64,000 bases of DNA from Octopus bimaculoides (lineage: Eukaryota): positions 17,924,095 to 17,988,094 of the forward strand of contig NC_069001.1 in NCBI RefSeq assembly GCF_001194135.2. Direction: 5' to 3'. Below the pieces are notes generated by a model. The model saw only the letters and a program-made list of their open reading frames with translations. It had not been told where the DNA came from and did no database searches. Both the position numbers and the translations under genes were made by a program. Shown here in pieces: positions 1 to 12,029 of the stretch (positions within the stretch are counted from its first letter, which is position 1; the number at the start of each line of letters is the position of its first letter).

Positions 1-84
1 CTGAGGACATACCTTAAATTCTGAAGGGGGATAATCAAAGAACATAACATTGTAATACTTCATGTAAAGTAAATATAACAAATG

Positions 85-262
85 AAAAATCACGGATCAC
101 TACCAAAATTTCATCATCTGTTCCTTGTGTCATTACCAACTTTATCTGCAAGTTTCATCAAATACTGTTCACAACCTTTTGAGTTATTTTGCACACAGAC
201 GGACAGACACACAAACCAACGCCAATGAAAACATAACCTCCTTCCTTGGCAGACGTAACGAA
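85..262. mobile_element. Non-autonomous interspersed repeat, Helentron/HINE-like (tentative)
   Basis: Internal GACA-type microsatellite and a 3' end aaaacataacctcctt..ggcagacgtaa with a short hairpin, resembling HINE/DINE-like elements; recognised from memory only. Confidence 0.4.
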
Positions 263-419
263 AAATATTTATGAAACAAACACTTCCACACATTCATGAC
301 TCCTCACAAGCGCTATCACCAAACCATACAAAAAACCCATAATTCCATATACAATGACAAACACAGAAGCAAAGGAGCCAGCCTTAAGATAGAGGATCAC
401 ATGGACCACTTCGTCACGT

Positions 420-1500
420 GATCCCCACCCATATTACACTTAAGGACCATAACCTAATTTTTATTCCAACCCCAAATGTAGGCTGATCAACCTCTCCAAA
501 AGCAAGATATAGCAAGCATATTCTCGATACTATCGACTCTGACATCAGAAGGGCTACAGGGTTGACACAATGGAACTCCAGCGCAACTGTGATAGACTGG
601 TTCCACAGTATCAAGAATAAATCAGGATAAATCAGATTATCAAGAATAAATCAGCCTGCAAATTCACCCAGTTCAACATTGTTGACTTCTATCCTTCCAT
701 ATCTAAGCCCCTCCTCCTGAAGGCCCTAGCTTTTGCTGGACAATTTACCAACATTAGTGATCTTGATATCTGAACCATCATGGATGCCAGAAAGCCAATT
801 CTGATCTATGACGATTCCTTCTGGGTAAAGAAAGAAGGCGATCCATTGTTTGAGGTCTCTATGGGGATCTTTGACAAGGTTGAAATCACCAACCTTGTCG
901 GGTTATACATTTTGGATACCCTCAAGAGACATACCCATCCACATAGGTTGGCCCTCTATAAGGACAATAGCCTGGCTATCTCAAACCATATGAATGGCTA
1001 CACCATGGACAGGTTCAGGAAAGACTTGATAAAAGTATTCACAGAGTTTAGCCTGTCTATAATGGTTATTATCCACCTGACTATGGTCGATTTCTTGGAC
1101 ATAACCTTAGACCTGAACACAGACAAATACAGTAAGACTAATGAAGAAATGGTATATATCCACAAGTGCTAGAACCACCACCACCCCTGCTGTAATTAGA
1201 AACCTGGTTTCAGGCATCAGCAAATGGGTGTCTAAACTCTCAACCAATATGGAGATCTTTAATAGCCCCCACCCCCACTACAATGATGCTTTGGCTAGGA
1301 GCAGATTTTCTGAGAAGCTCACATGTGGACAAACCCCAAACCCCCTCTCTCACCCCAAGAGGATTAGGAAAAGGAAAATAATCTGGTATAATCACCCATT
1401 TAACCTAGAAATTACTACCAACATAGCCAAGAGCTTCCTGTCATTGATAAAGAAACATTTCCCCACAGGCCGTAAGTATTACAAACTTTTCAACCTCCAT
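420..1500 (+). mobile_element. Penelope-like retroelement, degenerate RT region
   Basis: Broken-frame translation: HITLKDH.PNF..NPKCRLIN, QWNSSATVIDWF, FNIVDFYPSIS, WVKKEGDPLFEVSMGIFD, VDFLDITLDL, RKRKIIWYNHPF..TTNIAKSFLSLIKKHFP. Stops and frameshifts present; cut off by a mariner at ~1508. Confidence 0.85.
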
Positions 1501-1507
1501 TTTCGAC

Positions 1508-1890
1508 TCTCCTTCATTTTCTACAATGCTCTTCTATCTATCTAACAGACTTGCAAGGTACTTCTTCCAAAATTCATTTGTCCATAATGAAAAATACTCC
1601 TCCAGTACTGTTCTAATCTCATCTACAGAATTCGTATTTTTTCCGTCCAAATGATTTTGAAGACTGCAAAATAAATGATAATCAGATGGGGCGATATACA
1701 GCAAATATGGTGGGTGGACCATCGTTTCTGATTTAAACTTCTCCAGCCTTTGTAATGTCATCCTCGTTGTATGTGGCCAAGCATTATCCTGAAGGAAGAA
1801 CATTTTTCATCTTGAAACGAAAGATGGTCGCTTTTCTTCTAGCACTGACTTAATTGATAAAAATCACATTATTTATGGGATGACCCAATA
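1508..1890 (-). mobile_element. Internally deleted mariner fragment
   Basis: ORF 1534..1803 has QDNAWPH...HPPY..IAPSDYHLF; TIR-like tattgggtcatcccataaataatg at 1890. Confidence 0.85.
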
Positions 1891-2411
1891 CATCTACACA
1901 CACACACTCATATAAGTACGAATGCATACACGCAGATATATGGGCATATACATGTACATATATACATATATACCACCCCTTTCTACTTCCCCCCAACCAC
2001 GCGACCGATTTCCTGTCCACCACACGGTCAATTTCTTGTTCACCATGTGGTATTTTCCAAGTAATTGCTGTCACTGAAATACCAACATCATACTGCTATA
2101 CCGTGTGACCATTCTTGACCAATCACCGGCTAACATCCAATAGTAAACATCAACTCTCTTGAGTCAAACTCTCATTCAGACCCCAATGGCCAAAGACTAA
2201 CCACATACTTGAAATTCAAAGTACCAAGGAGTCTGAATGAAACTGTTTTGATCTGTGTGTGTGTGTGTGCATTTACATATTTGTATATATATATATATCA
2301 TACATATACATAAATGTGTGCAGTGTACATATACGTATATGTATTTACACAATCACACACATACACACATATCAAAAATACATTTATTAAATTAACATAG
2401 AAATGCCATAC

Positions 2412-2542
2412 TGATCATTTATTGAAAATCCCTTCTGATCAATCGAGGTGAGGTCATGTTGGATCTTGTTCAATAACAGAGAACTCTTGTCTTGGTCAAC
2501 AACAAAATCCAGAATCTCCATCCACCATTCTTCATTAATTAA
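2412..2542 (-). CDS. SHPRH: SHPRH coding exon 18 (LINEEWWMEILDFVVDQDKSSLLLNKIQHDLTSIDQKGFSINDQ), ends phase 2
   Basis: Acceptor aatttttcag|TTA, donor CA|GTATGG, 131 nt; the WW motif matches SPWWL of SHPRH. Confidence 0.88.
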
Positions 2543-3249
2543 CTGAAAAATTAATGAAACAAATGCACAAGCAGTACAGATTAAGTATAATTAAAGTCAC
2601 TGGAAACTGCACAGAACATAGAAATATATACAGGCAAGGAAAACAATTACATTTGTCAACAATGTTTAAGCTATATTAGAAATGCTAACCCCCCCCCCTC
2701 TCTCTCTCTATCTATCTTTCTATCTATCTAACTATCTATCTCATTCTCTGTCCACACACGTATGTGTGTGTGTGTGTGTACATGTATAAAGGTAACTGTG
2801 TAAGCACTCAGCTACTCACCACACAAATGCATCCAACCTGACCCTTGTTTTATCATCTCCGGTGACATCACTACTGTTAGTTTCACCAATGTTCATCTGA
2901 TTCATTTCTTCTCCAGACTCATATTTACTTTGCTCCTGTTTAATACCACAAGCTGACTGATTCTTGACTGAGTTAAAGCAGGCTCCACATTGTGCCTATA
3001 TTCTGACCTTGTGTACAGCTTCCTATTTCAGTTGTGGCTTCTTCTTCCATTTCCTCCAGCTGTCACCAGAAGCCCTCCTCTTGCTGTTTTTTGCTGTATG
3101 TTACCCTTGCTATTTGCTGTCCTCGCTGTGTGCTGCCCTTGCTACCCTTGTTATGTGCAGCCCGTCTTCCCCTGACTAAGTCATAAATTTACAAAATTAA
3201 ATTTATCTTTTTTTAATCCAACCAAATCAAACATCCAAAGTGTATTTAC

Positions 3250-3357
3250 CTGTTTTTCAAGATTGTCTGCTTTTATTTTTAAAGAAAGCCAATTGTCAAA
3301 GGCTTCTTTCACAAAATTCAGGTGTTTCTCTGTGAGACGATTTCGAATTTCAGCAGC
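3250..3357 (-). CDS. SHPRH: SHPRH coding exon 17 (AAEIRNRLTEKHLNFVKEAFDNWLSLKIKADNLEKQ)
   Basis: Acceptor tctatcttgcag|GCT, donor CAG|GTAAAT, 108 nt; phase fits. Confidence 0.88.
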
Positions 3358-3384
3358 CTGCAAGATAGAATTAAGAAATGTACA

Positions 3385-3715
3385 GGCGAGGAGAGAGTGA
3401 GAGAGAAAGAGAAGGATAAAGGGAGAGTGTGAAAGAGAGAGGGAAAGAAAAAGAAAATGTGAAAGAGAGAGGGAAAGTGAAAGATAGAGAGGGTGAAAGA
3501 GAATGATAAAGAGGGAGAGTGAATGAGAGAGTAAGAGAAATAAGGATAAAGAGAGAGGGAAAGAGAAAGAGGATAAAGAGGGAATGCAAAAGAGGGAAAG
3601 AGAAAGAGGATGGAGAGGGAGTGTGAAAGAGAAAGAAGGAAAGAGAGGTCAAAAAGAGAAGGAAAGAGAAGGAAAAGAAGGAGTGTGAAAGAGAAAGAAG
3701 GAAAGAGAGAGAAAA
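3385..3715 (+). repeat. ~330-bp GA-rich polypurine low-complexity tract (SHPRH intron 16)
   Basis: Almost exclusively G/A, with units like gaaagagagggaaa. Confidence 0.9.
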
Positions 3716-3960
3716 TCTATCAGTTTTGTTAAGTGAACAAATTTTAAGTCTAACCCCACCCACCCAGCCACACAAAAGAGCATCGAACCATAAAAATCCT
3801 ACCTCCTATAACTCTCCATATAACACATGCTAGCATGAAAAATCAGATGTTAAACAAAAGAGTCAACAAACATCCTTCATCCTCGGACAATCTAAAAAAC
3901 TAAGTCCAACACCTGTCTGTTTAGAATCCTAACGAGTAAATTACATTAAGACACACTCAC

Positions 3961-4137
3961 CTTTTCTTGGAGTTTGTCATCATCGAGGGCACTGGCAACA
4001 CCTTCTGGTTTTTTGGACAAAACCTCGTTTAAGTTGTGGTAACAATGAAGCAGCTGCAGGTCATCAGTTCGTATCGTATTTTTGTGTTCTCGTACAGACC
4101 AAAGTACTTGACGGTAATTATCTATGGCATCTTTCAA
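3961..4137 (-). CDS. SHPRH: SHPRH coding exon 16 (LKDAIDNYRQVLWSVREHKNTIRTDDLQLLHCYHNLNEVL...DDKLQEK)
   Basis: Acceptor ggtttccag|TTG, donor AAG|GTGAGT, 177 nt; matches the YREVL..TDSLQRLHATHNL block. Confidence 0.94.
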
Positions 4138-4544
4138 CTGGAAACCAATGGAATAATGGCACAGATTTAGGTAGATTACTTAAGAAGTTGAACCTTTTAG
4201 CATTTAATCCGACTAAATCTAACCCAAATATTCTACCTGTTTTGTTAAAACTAGCCAGATCTGGCCTCTCACACCTACCCTACAATGTCATTCTAAAAAT
4301 AAGTAATTACATCAGTGTAATCTTGGAGTTATGAGATAATGATTAATTAAAACTAATGTGAATAAGTAAGCATTGCCAGTGCTACATAAAAAGCACATGT
4401 TGATGCTACATACAAGTGCTCATGTGGTGCCATGTAAAAAGCACCCAGCACAACACTGTAAAGTGATTGGCATAAGGAAGGGTACCCAGCAGGCAGGCAG
4501 GCAGGCAGGCAGGCAGTTGATGAAATTTTAACCCGAACATAACA

Positions 4545-4633
4545 GATGAGCATTATTTAGAAAATGATGTCACACGTTATCGAGGCTACCATTCTTTCTG
4601 GATGTGCAAAATGGGATGACGTCTTTATTCCAA
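4545..4633 (+). mobile_element. Helitron Pif1-type helicase fragment, truncated by an N gap
   Basis: MSHVIEATILSGCAKWDDVFIP matches the Helitron helicase motif (P)HVIEATILTG..(G)EDVFIPRI. Confidence 0.75.
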
Positions 4634-5112
4634 NNNNNNNNNNNNNNNNNNNNNNNNNNNNNNNNNNNNNNNNNNNNNNNNNNNNNNNNNNNNNNNNNNN
4701 NNNNNNNNNNNNNNNNNNNNNNNNNNNNNNNNNNNNNNNNNNNNNNNNNNNNNNNNNNNNNNNNNNNNNNNNNNNNNNNNNNNNNNNNNNNNNNNNNNNN
4801 NNNNNNNNNNNNNNNNNNNNNNNNNNNNNNNNNNNNNNNNNNNNNNNNNNNNNNNNNNNNNNNNNNNNNNNNNNNNNNNNNNNNNNNNNNNNNNNNNNNN
4901 NNNNNNNNNNNNNNNNNNNNNNNNNNNNNNNNNNNNNNNNNNNNNNNNNNNNNNNNNNNNNNNNNNNNNNNNNNNNNNNNNGAGGTGTTATAATCACAAC
5001 AGCAAGAAAGTATGTACATGATCACCTTCTTTTACGAAACTTCATTGACTTTCATATATTTATATTGATATACATATATATACGTGTGTTTGGGTGCGTG
5101 TGTGTATATACA

Positions 5113-5203
5113 TCTCTATATATAAAGATGATGCGTAGTCTAGACAGCGTTTTTAGATTTCATTATTCTCTTTAACCCGGGCAACGCCGGGTATTTCTGC
5201 TAG
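5113..5203 (+). mobile_element. Miniature Helitron (91 bp) with both termini
   Basis: 5' TCTCTATATATAAAG; 3' hairpin CCCGG-GCAACG-CCGGG (5176-5191) then CTAG (5200-5203); inserted between A(5112) and T(5204). Confidence 0.75.
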
Positions 5204-5344
5204 TATATTATATTTTATGACATTTCAATTAGCTATTATACATTTTATTACATTAAGAAAATAATTATTTATTAAATGATTAAATTAAATTTAAAAAATA
5301 TGAAGGAAACCATAATAATAATTTAATAATCTTCTATGATTTTG

Positions 5345-6300
5345 ATTTATAAATACTTTGTAAGATACTCCTCCAGCTGTTTATGGCTGGCCAAGATCAT
5401 CCTGCCCAGAGAGCAGCAGGACATCGTCTTACTGGGATTCAGTGTCTTGATCAGGTTGACCGAGGTGGAGGACTCCACTACATGCAGTGGTAGCATGTTG
5501 TTGACAAACAGGTCTACAATCCTTCTGTCCACTATAGACTGATGGACACCAGTGTTAGCAGTTTGGGCAAACACCTCGCCAATGCTGGGCTAGCAAGCTT
5601 TCTTTGCACATGGCTGCAACAACTGGCTAGTTTCCCATGGGAAGCGCTGGCCTTGATCCTCTCCTCAAACTGAATGGCATGTGCTGGGTGTTTGTTTTTG
5701 ACATGTAACTTCAAATTGTATAGGCTCACCGCTTGTCCCTTGATGGTGGTCTCCTTGGGCTTACACATGATGCACCAGAAGTACAGGATTTTGGTGTTAC
5801 TCTCATCCCTTGACGTAAAGACAAAGTAGTCCTCAATGTGGGGCCACAGGTTCTGAGTCTCCTGGCTCTTAATCTGAGTGACCTCTGCCTCACCCACAGC
5901 TGTTGCTGACTCCTCAACAGGCCCTTCATTCTCAGGCTGGACACAAACGTCTTCACTTTCCATAACAGTAACAACATCGTAAGTGAATACAACTCAAAAC
6001 TGCAGAATTACACAATACTGCTTAGCTAGCTGCTGCTGCTGCATTGACCAAACATGTCTCATCAGGTGTACACATAGTCAGCCAATAGCATGCTTGACAG
6101 ACTCTTCAAGATACGCCCGCAACAGACAGGAACAAACGTATGAATTTGTTAGTGGACTTAAAGTCAGCAGAACTAAATTTAGCGGAAGCTAATTGATCTG
6201 TTAACGGTTTCCAAAGTTAGTAAAAACACTAATCTGCAAAACAAAAAGTTAGCTTTGCTAATTAGCTGTTAGCGGATTAGTGGAACCCTGTCCACCACTG
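5345..6300 (-). mobile_element. hAT transposon 5' half with BED zinc-finger transposase remnant
   Basis: ORF 5532..5963 has a BED finger (LWPHIEDYF...CIMC...NLKLHVKNKH); ORF 5347..5574 continues with the hAT N-terminal block (LPLHVVES..LNP). The terminus CAGTGGTGGACA is at 6300, with GCTAAC/TAGCGG subterminal repeats. 3' truncated. Confidence 0.85.
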
Positions 6301-7042
6301 CTAGTAGGCCAACAGATCATCACAACCTCACTCACTGGATGCTCAACTGACACTGAGACTCTTACTGCTAACATACTCTACAAAAGACATATTGAGAAAT
6401 TTCTGAAACAAGGAGCTATGGGTGGGGCCAATATGGGCCAGCACGGAGCTATGGGTGGGGCCAATATGGGCCAGCCCATAGAAAAATAACTTGATGTGAT
6501 AGAAAAAAACTGTTGCCATTTTAAAACTTAGTGACCCCACCAAATAACCCCAAAACAGGTCTCAAACTTAGGTCAGCAGGAAAAAAGATATAATTTGTTG
6601 GCCAGTCTAATTCAAACATTAAGAATTATGCAACAAATGACAGATATTGTAATTACCAAGATGTAATAATTAAAAGTCTGTCTAAGATTTCATTTTGATA
6701 TTTTCTTCACATAAGAATGTAGTATTTAAATCAAAATTAATTAATTAACAACAATTAACAAAAGGTATTAATTATATAAAAAGAAGTTAAAAGTCAAAAA
6801 GTTATACTATAAAATTATTGATTACTGTTTTATATCCACAGAATAAGAATGATTAATTCAATAGTTACCTATTAGTGTAATCTTTATTTTAATAATGTAA
6901 ATCTCTCTATATTTACTTATATTTAAACATCTTTTTTTCTTTTTTCTTTTTGATGATATAGATTCAATATTAATTCAATAACAACCTAACTGTGTAATCT
7001 TTACAGAGATCACTCCATATTCAGTATTATTTAAACACACAC

Positions 7043-7169
7043 CTGTTCTTTGATGATATAGATTCCAGCAAGCCCATGACGTGCTGCAATGGCTTGTCTG
7101 TGAGCCTCTTCACATTCTGTAACTCCTTTTTTTATCAAAGACTGCAATAATTCTTCCATAGTCATCATT
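7043..7169 (-). CDS. SHPRH: SHPRH coding exon 15 (MMTMEELLQSLIKKGVTECEEAHRQAIAARHGLAGIYIIKEQ), phase 2 to 0
   Basis: Acceptor tttatttgtag|A, donor CAG|GTGTGT, 127 nt. Confidence 0.94.
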
Positions 7170-8641
7170 CTACAAATAAATAAAAAGAAAAGACAAAATT
7201 CACAACTGGTATATTTTTATGATGGCATGTTGCAAATAGTCAAAGACAAGCTGGACAAAGAAGGAAGTACCGTTTCTTAAGCCCAAATCTAAATTATTCT
7301 GGAGAAGTCTTGTCTATTTGTGTTGGAGGAATGCCTCACTACATACTAAACTAACTCACTGCAGTTTGAAGGAAAGCATTTTTTTGACCATTGGTGTTGA
7401 TAGAATAAGTGAGACAGTGAAAAATAAAGCTTGCATATTGAAGTTTACAACACCAAAGACTTATGCTCTAGATCAGTCACAGGAAAACTGCAGCCCACAA
7501 TACTTCCTGTACAGCATGCAAACAAAAAATTACCTTGATGTTTTAGTAGTGCAGCCCACATGATGATGAGCCATGTTTCATGTGGCCTGCTTCTCAAAAA
7601 AAGGTCGTCAATGCCTGATCTAGTACAATCATCTACAAAATGTACACAAGTCTATTACAGTCTATCACAAATTAAAACAATGTCACTAACTCAGTAAGAA
7701 AGATACAGCTTTACAAGAGCTGGTATGTTCATACCTGTGAATGGCCTCTTAAGAACTGAAACCAAAACCTATACTTTAACAGGAGCTTTTTGTACTTGTT
7801 GTTCTTGTGAACAGTGAACCATTTATTGTCTTGTTAGAAACCTATTTTCAATGGCAATATCTTTTATCTTTTATCTTTTATCTTTTATCTTTAACTTGTT
7901 TCAGTCATTAGACTGTGGCCATGACGGGGCACTGCCTTCAAGAATTTTTAGTTAAATGAATCGACTCCAGTACTTACATTTTTGCAAACCTGGTACTTAT
8001 TCTATCAGTCTCTTTTGCTGAACTGCTAAGTTATAGGGACGTAATCAAACCAACACTGGTTGTCAAACCATTCACAAATAAATTATAAATTTAAAAAAAA
8101 CATGCCACAGACTGCGCCCACCTTGTTTTGTATGGAGATGACATTCCAGAGTTTCATAATCTATGTAATAAATACAAAATAGCTTCAGTCTGTGTCAACA
8201 AAAATATTTTCCAGTGAAGTTCATACATTCACAGAAGTTTGTATGCCACGGGAGGCAAAGAATCTTGACATTTGAACAAATATCTTTGTTACAAAAACAG
8301 AAACAAAAAAGATAAAAACCTTCCAAACAAAATCCTTCATTGAAGAAAGGAAATGTTTATTTGTCAACAAAAGTCTTAAAGCACTCGTGTTGATCCTACA
8401 TAAAAAGCACCCAGCTTTTTATGTAAAGTGATTGGCATTAAGAAGGACATCCAACCATAGAAACCAAGCCAAATCAGACTGGAACTTGGTGCAGCTCTCC
8501 TGCTTCTCAACTCCTGTCAAACCACCCAACCAATACCAGCATGGAAAACGGATGTTAAATGATATTGATTAGTAATCTGGTCTCCCAAGAATATTTATCA
8601 AGATTTGCACACTTCACTACATATAGAAGCAACTGACTTAC

Positions 8642-8724
8642 TTCTTGTTTATGGAATGGAACTCTCCTCGAACTGCCTGTGGATGGCAACATGCTTGGCG
8701 TAATTTCATTAATGGATGCAAAAG
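8642..8724 (-). CDS. SHPRH: SHPRH coding exon 14 (LLHPLMKLRQACCHPQAVRGEFHSINK), phase 0 to 2
   Basis: LRQACCHP motif; acceptor ttatgttgccag, donor AA|GTAAGT, 83 nt. Confidence 0.95.
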
Positions 8725-9265
8725 CTGGCAACATAAAGAAGAGATTAGGAATTAATATAACACTTAAGTTCAGCTGAACTATTTGCTCCATCCTGGAGAT
8801 GGAGGTAGAGAAAGTGATTGCAGCCTAATTGCAAAAAAGCTATTGTGGACAAATAAGCAGGATCCAACAGGAATGAAAATAAAATTATCAAAACATTATG
8901 AAAATTATAATATAAATAAAACTAAAAATTTATACACTTTTACCACATATTAAACATGATAAACATAATTAAAGTGGGTTTTTTTTTAAATTGTTCAATT
9001 TCACTGATAGTTAATTCTAGGACACCTTCTATATACACACACACACTCTTATATAAACTGTACTTGATGACATATAAGATGCACTCTTTTTGAAAAAATA
9101 TCTCAAAAAAATCACCCCAGGTCCTATATGGCCTAAAGTTGAGTCTCCCATAAGTGTTAATGCATTATTACCTGAATATGCACTGGTGAAATTAGGGTGT
9201 GTCTGATACCCCTGTGCATGTTTTATGCCATCAAATAAAGTATGATGTGTGTGTATACATATATA

Positions 9266-10681
9266 TCAGGTCATTTCACAAGTTCTGTCCGAATTTTGAA
9301 TAAAGAAAACAAATGATCAAATGTTATATTTAATTGAAATTTAATCATCAATGTACTTTCCCTGATTATCTATGACTTCCTTCCATCTATTTACAAGCTT
9401 TTTAATCCCATCAATGTAAATCTCTTTTGGTTTCAAAGCGAAGAACTCTGAAATATCAGTTTCAACCTCCTCCCGGCTTGCAAAAGTTATGTCCCCCACA
9501 TGATTCTTTAAACTACGAAACAAATGGTAGTCTGAAGGAGCAAGGTCAGGAGAATAAGGTGGATGAGGAATTTTTTCCCAACCAAGCTCTNNNNNNNNNN
9601 NNNNNNNNNNNNNNNNNNNNNNNNNNNNNNNNNNNNNNNNNNNNNNNNNNNNNNNNNNNNNNNNNNNNNNNNNNNNNNNNNNNNNNNNNNNNNNNNNNNN
9701 NNNNNNNNNNNNNNNNNNNNNNNNNNNNNNNNNNNNNNNNNNNNNNNNNNNNNNNNNNNNNNNNNNNNNNNNNNNNNNNNNNNNNNNNNNNNNNNNNNNN
9801 NNNNNNNNNNNNNNNNNNNNNNNNNNNNNNNNNNNNNNNNNNNNNNNNNNNNNNNNNNNNNNNNNNNNNNNNNNNNNNNNNNNNNNNNNNNNNNNNNNNN
9901 NNNNNNNNNNNNNNNNNNNNNNNNNNNNNNNNNNNNNNNNNNNNNNNNNNNNNNNNNNNNNNNNNNNNNNNNNNNNNNNNNNNNNNNNNNNNNNNNNNNN
10001 NNNNNNNNNNNNNNNNNNNNNNNNNNNNNNNNNNNNNNNNNNNNNNNNNNNNNNNNNNNNNNNNNNNNNNNNNNNNNNNNNNNNNNNNNNNNNNNNNNNN
10101 NNNNNNNNNNNNNNNNNNNNNNNNNNNNNNNNNNNNNNNNNNNNNNNNNNNNNNNNNNNNNNNNNNNNNNNNNNNNNNNNNNNNNNNNNNNNNNNNNNNN
10201 NNNNNNNNNNNNNNNNNNNNNNNNNNNNNNNNNNNNNNNNNNNNNNNNNNNNNNNNNNNNNNNNNNNNNNNNNNNNNNNNNNNNNNNNNNNNNNNNNNNN
10301 NNNNNNNNNNNNNNNNNNNNNNNNNNNNNNNNNNNNNNNNNNNNNNNNNNNNNNNNNNNNNNNNTTCTGCAAGTTCTTTCATTCAAGCATTCTTTCCCAT
10401 AAACTGAGTGTATGTTTCGAGTTGCTTCGGCTGCAGAGTTTCCTTTTTTGTACCCATAAAGCATTATGAGCCTCAAATGCTCTTTGGATACTTCCATGTT
10501 AGAAAGGGTTTTAATCAAAGAAATTTTAATTCTATTATTCTGTAAAATAATATTTAATTAGTTTAAATGTACACAAATGCATAAAAATAATTTTTTATTC
10601 CATTAGACATTCTAAAATACTATTAAATTCCATTCAATTTTAAAAAAGGTAAAATCGGACAGAACTTATGGGATGACCTGA
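9266..10681 (-). mobile_element. Full-length mariner (Hsmar1/SETMAR-like), middle in an N gap
   Basis: TIRs tcaggtcatttcacaagttctgtccga (9266) and tcggacagaacttatgggatgacctga (ending 10681), flanked by TA. Transposase N-term MEVSKEHLRLIML (ATG 10497), C-term HPPYSPDLAPSDYHLF...GKYIDD* (9341). Confidence 0.93.
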
Positions 10682-11434
10682 TACATACCTCTCCGCCACA
10701 GCAGAATTGATACCGGTGCTGGTGCCACATAAAAAGCACTGGTGCTGGTGTCACATAAAAAGCATCCAGTACATTCTGTGGAATGGTTAGTGTTAGGAAG
10801 GGCATCCAGCCATAGAAACTATGCCACAACAGACAATGGAGCTTGGAGAACCCACCCATCCACCTTATTAGCTCCAAGCAAACCATCCAACCCATGCAAA
10901 TATGGAAAACAGACACTAAATGATGATGAAATGATGATACAAACACACATACACACACACCAGGTGCACCATATATATCAACCCGTTATTTTATTATAAA
11001 CTAAGAAGTTTTAAGTTTTGATTAATGAAAGTTTACAGGTTGATTATTATATTTGTTTTAAAATATCTAAAATAAATTTACAATTCAAAATGGCCACCCT
11101 TTGCTTTCACCATAGCCCTTAATCTTTTCTCATATCGCTTTATCACATCGCAATTCTTTATACCAGCCATTTTCAATGCTACAATTTGTTTGAGCCACCA
11201 TATTTAATTGAGGTTAAACAAGAAAAGAAAAGAATGTCAGGAAGTGTTATACAACATTAGCAACTATTTCTGCAAATAATAATGTTTTAATTTATGCTTA
11301 AATAATGGGTAAAAGTATATGCAACACCTGGTATCATCATCATTGGTATATACATATGTACGTACGTACGTATATACCAATGATGATGATACATACATAC
11401 CATATATACCAATGATGATGATACATACGTACGT

Positions 11435-11505
11435 ACATACGTATGTATGTATGTATGTATGTATGTATGTATGTATGTATGTATGTATGTATGTATGTAT
11501 GTATG

Positions 11506-11540
<35 letters not shown>

Positions 11541-11545
11541 GTACA
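11435..11545. repeat. Compound (TATG)n/(TATC)n microsatellite
   Basis: Seen directly. Confidence 0.95.
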
Positions 11546-11660
11546 TATGTACACTTATACAACCTTGTTTGCTCTCTCCTTTTTCAGAAAAAAAAGGACA
11601 TCTGAAGGTCTAAGGTGAATTATACCATAGAAGGATGTTCAATTACTCATTTATACTCAC

Positions 11661-11726
11661 ACGGCTAAGTATTTTTCTATCAATACTGTTCAACTTCACA
11701 GAATAGTTCTTCCATTTGGACAATTG
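11661..11726 (-). CDS. SHPRH: SHPRH coding exon 13 (QLSKWKNYSVKLNSIDRKILSR)
   Basis: Acceptor tctcttttcaccag, donor CGT|GTGAGT, 66 nt; aligns by eye to KLSSLDRRTV of SHPRH. Confidence 0.88.
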
Positions 11727-12029
11727 CTGGTGAAAAGAGAAAAAAGAAGGTAATGAGAGAAGGAGAAAAAGGGAAGAAGAGAGAGAGAGAGATGGAGAGA
11801 GAAAACACAGAGAGAAATGGATATTACTTTTCAAACATGTAGTTAAATCAAGAGAAAGCAAGCAATAAAAATAAAGTCAATCCAAGTAAATCCCATTTAA
11901 TTCTAGTGACCTAGTGTTTAAGATATAAAGAAACCCAGTTCAAATCCAGTCAACAGACACATCCAAGAATGAGATACCTGATAACAGTTGGAAATCAGTG
12001 ACATAACTAATTAAAAAACTTTTCTATCC

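Noticed and set aside
1-90. Donor-like AAG|GTATGT at ~12 (minus strand) as SHPRH exon 19
   Set aside because: The upstream translation (KYYNVMFFDYPPSEFK) has no convincing SHPRH similarity and no compatible phase-2 acceptor.
6945-7066. 20-bp repeat ttctttgatgatatagattc shared by the exon 15 end and the adjacent intron
   Set aside because: Too short for a duplicated exon, and it has no splice sites of its own.
7555-7625. C/D-box-like TGATGA...CTGA on the plus strand
   Set aside because: It is antisense to the host gene, with no terminal stem or recognisable guide.
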